Part shown: in pieces, positions 54,293 through 62,122 of the stretch
Position numbering within the stretch: position 1 is the stretch's first letter
How the letters are laid out: every line of letters begins with the position of its first letter
Translations under genes and position numbers: made by a program
Source of the DNA: a bacterium
Lineage (GTDB): Bacteria > Electryoneota > Electryoneia > Electryoneales > Electryoneaceae
DNA length: 64,000 nt
Assembly: GCA_963675295.2 (NCBI GenBank)
Contig: CAXXKJ010000002.1
Location: forward strand, 3,648,001 to 3,712,000
Direction of reading: 5' to 3'
The notes under the pieces: model-generated
Told to the model about the DNA's origin: nothing
Database searches by the model: none
Seen by the model: the letters and a program-made list of their open reading frames with translations, nothing else

Positions 54293-54729
54293 GCAGGACA
54301 ATTGATCGCGGCGAAGTGTCCGCGAGCCGTAAAGACATGAATATGGGCCGGTCTCCAGCCGCCAAAGCGAAGAACCGGCCCACACGGGCACCCCAGAAGA
54401 AGGGTATGGCACCGTTTCGTCTAAACTAACTGTAGCCGGGCGGTCAGGTCAAGCAGTTTCTATCAGCGCTGTTAGACAAGCGTGCTATGGCCGGAACATC
54501 GCCCACACCCGGAAGGCTGCAGTATGGCGATACGGTGCCCGGGCCCGTGATACTGATGAGGTTTGAGTTTTATAACGAAGCCGTTCATTGACAAGACACA
54601 CGCCGTTGCCCGAGCCGCCAGCTCATATGCCGGGCCACGTTGTGAAACAAAACAGAAATCGGTCAGGGAAGGCCGATGAATCGGTCACCGGTCAGATTTG
54701 ACCGGGGCAACCCCAGAAAAAGGAGAAGG

Positions 54730-55212
54730 ATGATGAAGAAGCTCATGTTGATCGCCATTGCGATGCTCGTCGCGGTGGGCGCATTCGCGCAGAACGACCT
54801 TGGGAATCCCGAAGCGATCGCTGACGTAACTCTCGCGATTTCCCCATATGCTGAAGTTAGCTCTTTGTACCCAACGATTGGCTATCAGACGAATTTCCAT
54901 GGTGCCTCGTTGCCCTTGGATATTCCTGTGGTCGGTGGTGTAACCATCAGCACCAACGACGACGTTACAGCCACGGTTGCCTTTGAAGCACTGAACATGA
55001 ACCTGACAGTTTGGGACGCGCTTGTCTTTACCGGTTTGTTCGACGATGATTCCGCCAGCAAATCGTTCATTAACGGAGTGCACAATCCGGGCGTGAAGCT
55101 GCACATGGACTACACCCAGGCATACAACGACGGCTCGGTTACCTGGACCGATATCCCCGCTGAAAATCTTGGAACGGTTGGTTCGATTGTTGTTACGGTG
55201 ACGAGCAATTAA
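54730..55212 (+). CDS. pilin-like secreted subunit 1
   Basis: MMKKLMLIAIAMLVAVGAFAQ signal, DVTLAISPYAEV, C-terminal GSIVVTVTSN. Confidence 0.75.
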   Translation: MMKKLMLIAIAMLVAVGAFAQNDLGNPEAIADVTLAISPYAEVSSLYPTIGYQTNFHGASLPLDIPVVGGVTISTNDDVTATVAFEALNMNLTVWDALVFTGLFDDDSASKSFINGVHNPGVKLHMDYTQAYNDGSVTWTDIPAENLGTVGSIVVTVTSN

Positions 55213-55416
55213 AGACTTGTTGCGATAGACTGGCATGCTCTGCTGAACCTAGGCCCCGCAGAAACTTCAGCAGAGCATGTTTGAATTTGTGCAGTTGAAC
55301 GTTGCCCGAGCCGCCAGCTCAATAGCCGGGCAGAAGCTTGAAGTAACAATCGGTCGTTGCCGGCCGATCACACGGCCACCGGTAAAGAGGCCGGGAGACC
55401 CAGAAGAAGGAGAAGG

Positions 55417-55854
55417 ATGATGAAGAAGCTTATACTGATCGCTCTCGCGATGCTCGTCGCGGTGGGCGCGTTTGCGCAAATGACAGCAGACAAAGACGTT
55501 ACCCTTACGATCTTACCGTATGCACAGGTGACGGCACCTCCCGCAGCAATTGAACTGGAGTATGATCCGGCATGGGGATTCTCCGACTGGGCTTTGGGCG
55601 GAAACGCTTATAGTTGGAGCATTGACACAAACTTTGACATCGACGCCACGATGACGTATACGGACAATGGTGTCACTGGTGTCACGATTACCAATGCCGG
55701 CTTCTTCCTGAACCCGGGCGTACAGCAGGTGCTGTCCCTTACGGCGGGTCAACATCAGTACGGAACATTTGTTGATCTCGACATCGTCGATTGGACACCT
55801 GCGGCTGAGGATCTTGCCATCGGCACGCTCACTGTGACGCTTTCCGCTCAGTGA
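55417..55854 (+). CDS. pilin-like secreted subunit 2
   Basis: Same signal, DVTLTILPYAQV, C-terminal GTLTVTLSAQ. Confidence 0.75.
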   Translation: MMKKLILIALAMLVAVGAFAQMTADKDVTLTILPYAQVTAPPAAIELEYDPAWGFSDWALGGNAYSWSIDTNFDIDATMTYTDNGVTGVTITNAGFFLNPGVQQVLSLTAGQHQYGTFVDLDIVDWTPAAEDLAIGTLTVTLSAQ

Positions 55855-56018
55855 AAAAATGCACTCAACCCGGCATCTAATAGGATGCCGGGTTGAGTGA
55901 CTTATGCCCGAGCCGCCAGCTCAATAGCCGGGCATAAGCTTGAAGTAACAATCGGTCGTTGCCGGCCGATCACACGAGCACCGGTCCAAGACCGGGGTAC
56001 CCCAGAAGAAGGAGCAGG

Positions 56019-56474
56019 ATGATGAAGAAGCTTATGCTGATCGCTCTCGCGATGCTCGTCGCGGTGGGCGCGTTTGCGCAGCCGTACCAAGCCAATACCC
56101 TTCCGTTGGATGTTAACCTTACCATCAGTCCCTATGCAGAGCTTGCCTGGGTTACGGGCCAAGCTCCATTGGCGCTTGTATTGGAGCATCCTACCTGGTC
56201 GGACAACGAAACTGCGTATTTTAATTGCGCTTCCAACTTTGGCTTCATCATTGCGCAGACCTTGTCCGCGCCTTGGGGATCGGGATTTATGTCTGGAGCG
56301 TCGGTCGATCCTAACAATGATTTCGGGTTAAATGACGGTAACGGTGATGCCGGCAGTTACACCAACGTACCTGTAAGAGTAACTGCCATGATCTCCGGTT
56401 CGTATGAATGGTATGAAAAACAAGAGGGTAACTACGGAAACGGCACCCTTACGTTGACGATTATCCAGCAGTGA
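56019..56474 (+). CDS. pilin-like secreted subunit 3
   Basis: Same signal, DVNLTISPYAEL, C-terminal GNYGNGTLTLTII. Confidence 0.75.
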   Translation: MMKKLMLIALAMLVAVGAFAQPYQANTLPLDVNLTISPYAELAWVTGQAPLALVLEHPTWSDNETAYFNCASNFGFIIAQTLSAPWGSGFMSGASVDPNNDFGLNDGNGDAGSYTNVPVRVTAMISGSYEWYEKQEGNYGNGTLTLTIIQQ

Positions 56475-56727
56475 GTTAGCCAGTCATTTTTTTCGTGGAA
56501 GATTGACAAGCCGTTCAGGTCCAGAAGTATTAATACGGAATAGCGACAGCGGCTGTAGAAGACAGGAAAACACATTCACGGAGCCTGAACCTGGCTCCGT
56601 GAATGTCCACTGCCCGAGCCGCCAAAAGGATACGCCGGGCAGCTAGGTCTAGAAGAAAATCGGTCAGGGAAGGCCGATCACACGGCCACCGGTCCAAAGA
56701 CCGTGGTACCCCAGAAGAAGGAGAAGG

Positions 56728-57213
56728 ATGATGAAGAAACTTATGTTGATTGCTCTCGCGATGCTCGTCGCGGTGGGCGCGTTTGCGCAGCCGCCTGATT
56801 TCCAAGAAACGATTGACGTTTCGGTCACTATTGATTCGTATTGCTCTTTCTCCCTGGATGATGGTAGCCTGAGCATTGCGATGACTGGTGGCGATACGGA
56901 AGAGGAATCGGGTGTGATTCAGGGTTCATTCGCCAGCAACGACATGGCTATGCTTGTCTTTTCGTACGAGGGTTTAGGGACAGATTACATGACGAACGTA
57001 GCTGGGTATTCCTGGTTGCGGTATTTTGATGCAACAGTTGGGACTGTGTATGCTGGCTATAATGTCGGTCTCAATGAATTTATGAACTATCCGCTGATTA
57101 ACACGGAATCCAGAGACTTTACAGTCGGCATTAAAGTTTCAATGCCACAGTTTACGGATATTCCGGCTGGCACGTATTCAGAAGTTCTTGTAGTGTCAGT
57201 TTATTGCCTGTAA
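56728..57213 (+). CDS. pilin-like secreted subunit 4
   Basis: Same signal, DVSVTIDSYCSF, C-terminal PAGTYSEVLVVSV. Confidence 0.75.
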   Translation: MMKKLMLIALAMLVAVGAFAQPPDFQETIDVSVTIDSYCSFSLDDGSLSIAMTGGDTEEESGVIQGSFASNDMAMLVFSYEGLGTDYMTNVAGYSWLRYFDATVGTVYAGYNVGLNEFMNYPLINTESRDFTVGIKVSMPQFTDIPAGTYSEVLVVSVYCL

Positions 57214-57411
57214 TGATGTGGCGCAGCAAGTATTGATCGCTACAGATTGAACCCTCCACAGAGCATTGGTCTTGCTTCGTGGAAGCATGGTTGCCCGAGC
57301 CGCCAGCTCACATGCCGGGCGATGGACTGAAACGAAACAGAAATCGGTCAGGGAAGGCCGATCACACGGCCACCGGTCCAAAGGCCGGGGTACCCCAGAA
57401 GAAGGAGAAGG

Positions 57412-57864
57412 ATGATGAAGAAGCTTATGCTGATCGCTCTCGCGATGCTCGTCGCGGTGGGCGCGTTTGCGCAGTCGGATGCTAACGATGTCGCAGATCT
57501 GATTGTCACTATCGAACCGTACGCCTACGTTGAAGTGACTTCGGATGCTGTTGGTGTGACAATTACGCCACCAAATTGGGTGGCGACTTCTGAAGATCCC
57601 ATCGTTTTTAATTGCTGTGCAAACTACGGTTACTATCTCGAATACACAGCCAATAGCATGATAGCGAACCCATACTACATCTTTGTGTCACCTGTTGATC
57701 CAACTCTCGCAGCTTACGACGTAACTTCTGGTGAGCACATTGGCTTGGAGCTATATGCTCAGGTAGAGGTCTGGGATCAGGAGGGTTACCAGAATCCGTA
57801 TGATGTGCCGTTTGGTGAGTACACAGGCATGAACATAAACGTGCAGATCTATCCTGCGCCTTAA
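57412..57864 (+). CDS. pilin-like secreted subunit 5
   Basis: Same signal, DLIVTIEPYAYV, C-terminal PFGEYTGMNINVQI. Confidence 0.75.
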   Translation: MMKKLMLIALAMLVAVGAFAQSDANDVADLIVTIEPYAYVEVTSDAVGVTITPPNWVATSEDPIVFNCCANYGYYLEYTANSMIANPYYIFVSPVDPTLAAYDVTSGEHIGLELYAQVEVWDQEGYQNPYDVPFGEYTGMNINVQIYPAP

Positions 57865-57891
57865 GGTTACATAACCATTGATAGGAAAGAC

Positions 57892-58392
57892 ATGAAGCCA
57901 ACACTGGCTGTATTTATCGTTTTACTGCTGTTGTTGACTACAGCGGGTTACAGCCAGACGGACACGGCAAGCATTCCCGTGAATCTGACCATCGAGCCGT
58001 ATACGGAAATCGATATCGCAAACGATATCATCATGACAACCGTGGAAGGCTGGTGGTTCAGTTCCGGGATGGAGATGGAAAGTGTTGGATCGACCAGTGT
58101 GCAGGTTGGAACCAACACCAACGCGACCCTTGTCTGTCCGGCGACCTTGGATATGCAGTTGATCGATCCTCCGGGACCGGAGATTATGACAGTGCGGACG
58201 GCTGTTTCCTACATGTACCCCGGGCACCCGCAGTATTATGCCCAGGGCGGGCAAGTCATCTGCATTGATCTCGAACCGGGCCTGCACACGGCGATCTCAC
58301 TTGAGGCATCGTTGTCGAAGGTGTGGAACGTCGGTGAGGATCTGGCTGGCACGTACCAGGGGACATTGACAGTGACTGTCACAGAGAACTAG
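57892..58392 (+). CDS. pilin-like secreted subunit 6 (own signal peptide, no shared leader)
   Basis: PVNLTIEPYTEI, C-terminal AGTYQGTLTVTVTEN. Confidence 0.75.
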   Translation: MKPTLAVFIVLLLLLTTAGYSQTDTASIPVNLTIEPYTEIDIANDIIMTTVEGWWFSSGMEMESVGSTSVQVGTNTNATLVCPATLDMQLIDPPGPEIMTVRTAVSYMYPGHPQYYAQGGQVICIDLEPGLHTAISLEASLSKVWNVGEDLAGTYQGTLTVTVTEN

Positions 58393-58423
58393 TTTGTGGC
58401 CTCGCTGTTGAACTTTGTAACGG

Positions 58424-58454
58424 GTGAAAAGCCGGAGATCCTCCGGCTTTTCAC
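58424..58454 (+). terminator. terminator/attenuator-like hairpin between the subunit array and assembly genes
   Basis: gtgaaaagccggag-atc-ctccggcttttcac, a 14-bp stem. Confidence 0.65.
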
Positions 58455-58480
58455 TCGATTGATCTCATTGTGAGGACGTC

Positions 58481-60100
58481 ATGCGTACCATTCTGATCAC
58501 ACTTTTGGTGATTTCTGCATTCATGGTCTGTGATTCCGTCCAGGCTCAGGGCTTCATGGTTAAACCGATGCGAATCGAGATGGCCGGGACTCCCGGGCAG
58601 CAGGTGCAGGTCGACCTCCAGATCAACAACACCAGTGCGGACAAGGCACCGGAAGTCCTGGTTGGGAAATGGTACCTCGATCAGGGAAATAACGGCAGCT
58701 ATCAGCCGTTGGCGACGGATGAAGTACCGTCTGAGCGCAAACAAATGATGCAGAGTTGTTTCGACTGGATGACGGTATCGGAAAACACTCTGATCGTACC
58801 ACCCCTGCAACAGGGACTAGTCACGGTTTCTGTGCGTATTCCCAGTGATGCAACGGGTACTTATTCTGCGCTACTGACGGTTGAAAATGTCCCGGAACGC
58901 CGCCCCGGAACCATTGGGATGGTGATGCGGTTCGTAGTCCCCGTAATTGTCGATGTGCGTGGCCGTTCCGCTCGCACGGAAATCGATCTTGCAGGCGTCT
59001 CGCTGAACTACGTGGAGTCAGAACAGAATGCGTCAGGAGAAAGTACACCCGCCGTGGACAACCTGCACGTTTCTGTCGCCAATGAAGGCAAGATTCGTGG
59101 TAAAGTCAGCGGTGATGTGACCATCTTGCGCAAGGCCGGCACGGGCTGGCGCCAGGTGACGGTTGTGGAATTCCCTGAGAAGACGGTCATGCCCGGAACG
59201 AGCTGGGATTTCGTGCAACCTTCCCCGCGCAGATTGGCAAGCGGCACCTACCGGCTGAGCACGAATTTCCTGCTGGATGGCCGGAAGATGCGTCCAATGA
59301 ATGAGATCGTTGAATACAAAGGTGATCCGTCGGTGACGACGGTGCAGGAAGATGTTTCGTTAATGATCGAGCCGCGTGTGGCTGAGATCGAGGGTGTACC
59401 GGGCGCGCGCCGCACGGCTCGCATTCGAATCCAGAATCCCAGCGAACAGCAGCTTTCTGTCAGTATCAGCAGCATGACGCCGAAAACATTGCAGGGCGTG
59501 GCAATGGGTGACGTAAAGGGCGAGGAGTATGCTTGTAACGAATGGCTGAATCCGAATCCGGCTGAGTTTACCCTTCGTGGTGGCGGCGAACGTACGGTGG
59601 CTGTCAGAGTCAGTTTTCCCGAAGAAAATTCGGACAAACCCTTCCATTATGGCAGTCTGGTGATTACGGCCACCTATGCAAACGGCGAAACCGCCAGTTC
59701 GGAAGAGGTGCTCGTGGTGGCGAAAAACCGTGAACTGGAAGCGGCACCGCACTTGTATCCGTACACGGTTTCAATCTCGCAGGTTGAGGGCAAGCAGTAC
59801 GCCGTGTCTGGTAAGTTTGGCAATGTCGGCAACGTGCACCTCTACCCTACCTGCCGGGCAACGTTATCCAATACGTCCGGCACACAGGTTTTCAAGCAGG
59901 CCGATCTGAATGCCGACATGGATCTTGTGTTGCCAATGGGTACACCGGTTTACAACGGCGTGCTTGACCTGGACGGTGTTAATGACGGCACGTACAAGCT
60001 GACGGTGGCTGCAACGTACGGTGAGCATGTGGCGAATAAGGATCTCGCGCTGCGTGTGACTACGAATGGCAACGGCAAGCAGGTTGAAGTGCTTGACTGA
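58481..60100 (+). CDS. periplasmic chaperone-like multi-Ig protein (PapD/DUF916-like, internally duplicated)
   Basis: Signal peptide; two repeats of 'V.P.RIE..G.PG...I.N...SC.DW...' each followed by a 'N.G....' Ig domain. Confidence 0.65.
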   Translation: MRTILITLLVISAFMVCDSVQAQGFMVKPMRIEMAGTPGQQVQVDLQINNTSADKAPEVLVGKWYLDQGNNGSYQPLATDEVPSERKQMMQSCFDWMTVSENTLIVPPLQQGLVTVSVRIPSDATGTYSALLTVENVPERRPGTIGMVMRFVVPVIVDVRGRSARTEIDLAGVSLNYVESEQNASGESTPAVDNLHVSVANEGKIRGKVSGDVTILRKAGTGWRQVTVVEFPEKTVMPGTSWDFVQPSPRRLASGTYRLSTNFLLDGRKMRPMNEIVEYKGDPSVTTVQEDVSLMIEPRVAEIEGVPGARRTARIRIQNPSEQQLSVSISSMTPKTLQGVAMGDVKGEEYACNEWLNPNPAEFTLRGGGERTVAVRVSFPEENSDKPFHYGSLVITATYANGETASSEEVLVVAKNRELEAAPHLYPYTVSISQVEGKQYAVSGKFGNVGNVHLYPTCRATLSNTSGTQVFKQADLNADMDLVLPMGTPVYNGVLDLDGVNDGTYKLTVAATYGEHVANKDLALRVTTNGNGKQVEVLD

Positions 60101-60149
60101 CGTCTCCCGACAACCTCCTCACTATCGTTTTGAGCAAAGGGATGCTGTG

Positions 60150-61772
60150 ATGCGTGTTATCCGATATGCCTTGCTTTCTCTCGCGCTGATCGTACTTTTT
60201 TCAGGATGTACGGCGAACAAGCAGTTTGACGAACGGCTGGCTGTTCCGCAGCAGCAGGCGAACGAGATTGACTTCGCGTTGGAAACGGTGGCAAATGCGC
60301 ACCAGGCGCAGAACTACCAGCGCATGGTGGATGTGCTCAAGGATGTTGTCGCGAACGGGTATGTGTATCACCGTGCGGATGAAATCCTGTATTGGATCGG
60401 GGTGGCGCGGGTGAACATGCTGCATGCCGATCAGGCGATGCAGGCGTTTGCCACGCTCCGTGACTACTATCCGTGGATTGAGGGCAAGTACCCGGACCTC
60501 GTTGAATGGGAGGAGTTGGCCCAACGGATGATACGCGATCGACAGGAGGCTGCCAGCGATGCGGACGAGATTATCAATTCGCTGGACGATTCCGCCTGGT
60601 CGGACGACGGTACGCCGCTGGTGTCAAACTCGTTCTTCGATTCCGATCTTCGGATGGTGCTCGCAGATTTAACAGCAGACACAGGTGTCCGCATTATCGC
60701 CGACCCGCAGGTCAGCGGATTTGTGACGGCTGATTTTTACGATGTACCGCTGGAAGAGGTACTGGAGCAAATCCTGCTGCCGAATGGGTTCACTTACCGC
60801 AACATGGGCGACTACTATCTCGTTGGGGATGCATCAACAAGCAGCCCGTCTTTCGCTACGATGTCTGAAACACGTCGATTCCCGCTTCGCTACCTCCGCA
60901 CCAGCCAGCTCGAGGCATTGTTGCCCGACGTCTTCATTGATTATGTCCGTTTTGACCATACCTCGAATACGATTACGATCACCGCCTCGCCGATCATGGT
61001 TGATCGGTTGAGTATCATCCTTGACGAAATCGACGTCCTCCCCACCCAGTTCCTGATCGAGGTGGAAGTGCTCGAGATGAGCAAGGAGCTTGAACGTTCG
61101 CTGGGGCTGAACTGGGATTTTATCGGAACAAAGAGCGATCAGAGCTTTGTCTTTTCGCAGCTGGCGCCGGATTCTCTGGTGGCGTCTCTGCTCGGTGAGG
61201 TCATCGCAACAGGCGAATCAGGACCGGAAGGGTTTACTGTTGACCGTCGCACCGCCATTAACGCGTTGGCGGACAATGGGCTGGTGAAGGTACTGGCCAA
61301 TCCCCGCCTGAGCACGCAACAGGGACAGGCCGCGACAATCCGTGTCGGAAAGGAAGCCTACTTCAACCTGCTGGGTAATTCTGGGACCTATATCACGTCG
61401 AATGCGCTGGAGAAGATCTCCACCGGTGTCACGCTCAGCATTGTCCCGTTCCGCGGAGAAAATGCGCAGATCACCACCGATCTGGATGTGGAAGTCAGTG
61501 ATGTCCTTGATCCTGGAACTGGTGGATTGCCTGTAACCAGCGTACGCCAGGTAACCACACGGTCTACGGTTGCTAATGGCAATACGCTTGGTGTTGGTGG
61601 ATTGTTGCTTGAGAACGACCGGAAGAGCCGAAGCGGAATTCCAGGACTGAGTGAAATTCCTGTTCTTGGGTATCTCTTCGGTCAAACGACGACAGAATCT
61701 GTCACCACCGAGGTGGTTATCCTGATTACACCACATGTTCTCTTGCCGCCAGATTTGTTTCGAGATCTCTGA
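60150..61772 (+). CDS. lipoprotein secretin with N-terminal TPR-like domain, N domains and secretin C domain
   Basis: Lipobox LFSGC, DLRMVLADL..GVRIIADPQVSG, KVLANPRL, TGVTLSIVP, GIPGLSEIPVLGYLFG, EVVILITP. Confidence 0.92.
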   Translation: MRVIRYALLSLALIVLFSGCTANKQFDERLAVPQQQANEIDFALETVANAHQAQNYQRMVDVLKDVVANGYVYHRADEILYWIGVARVNMLHADQAMQAFATLRDYYPWIEGKYPDLVEWEELAQRMIRDRQEAASDADEIINSLDDSAWSDDGTPLVSNSFFDSDLRMVLADLTADTGVRIIADPQVSGFVTADFYDVPLEEVLEQILLPNGFTYRNMGDYYLVGDASTSSPSFATMSETRRFPLRYLRTSQLEALLPDVFIDYVRFDHTSNTITITASPIMVDRLSIILDEIDVLPTQFLIEVEVLEMSKELERSLGLNWDFIGTKSDQSFVFSQLAPDSLVASLLGEVIATGESGPEGFTVDRRTAINALADNGLVKVLANPRLSTQQGQAATIRVGKEAYFNLLGNSGTYITSNALEKISTGVTLSIVPFRGENAQITTDLDVEVSDVLDPGTGGLPVTSVRQVTTRSTVANGNTLGVGGLLLENDRKSRSGIPGLSEIPVLGYLFGQTTTESVTTEVVILITPHVLLPPDLFRDL

Positions 61773-61945
61773 TACACACTCGATCTAACAACGCAGCTGC
61801 TACTAATTCCATGGGGCACTCATGGGGCAGTGTCCCCAAGAAATCCCCGTAAATCACAATAACATGAGGCAGGAGATAACCGGCTATCTAGCAATTATTC
61901 CTATCGTTAACGCTTGTAGAGTGTTGTGATTGTTGCGCTGGATAG

Positions 61946-62030
61946 GACTGGGGGTCAGGGGGTCGCTGGTTCAAATCCAGTCGCTCCGACACTGGAAAGT
62001 AAGGGGTTAGCAGAAATGCTGATCCCTTTT
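61946..62030 (+). repeat. att site: duplicated 3' half of tRNA-Pro plus terminator hairpin
   Basis: Matches 52133-52217 with 2 mismatches. Confidence 0.95.
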
Positions 62031-62122
62031 TTTCGATTCGGTAGATTGGCAGAAATTTTTTCGCAGAAACAGCGAGCCACAAGGTGTTATACAAATTCTA
62101 TCGGCGCTATGACCTGGAGAAG

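Larger units (their letters stand above)
54607..57474 (+). repeat. five copies of a conserved structured leader plus signal-peptide coding module
   Basis: Copies at 54607-54792, 55303-55479, 55905-56081, 56611-56790 and 57292-57474; each starts tgcccgagccgcca and ends gcg(t/a)tt(t/c)gcgca(g/a). Confidence 0.95.
52133..62030. mobile_element. genomic island integrated at tRNA-Pro, probably immobilised
   Basis: 85-bp direct repeat at 52133-52217 and 61946-62030 (2 mismatches), with an integrase remnant beside the tRNA. Confidence 0.9.

Noticed and set aside
54607-57474. CRISPR array or integron cassette array
   Set aside because: Repeats are ~180 bp and include RBS and coding sequence; there are no cas genes, no attC RYYYAAC/GTTRRRY ends and no IntI-type integrase.
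54730-58392. Type IV pilins feeding the secretin
   Set aside because: Signals are Sec/SPase I type (AFA-Q), with no G|FxxxE class III motif or N-terminal hydrophobic helix in the mature proteins.
61946-61991. Second tRNA-Pro gene
   Set aside because: It lacks the 5' acceptor strand and D-arm; it is the att duplication.
52439-62030. Filamentous prophage (secretin as pIV)
   Set aside because: No Zot/pI ATPase, replication initiator or small hydrophobic coat genes are present.
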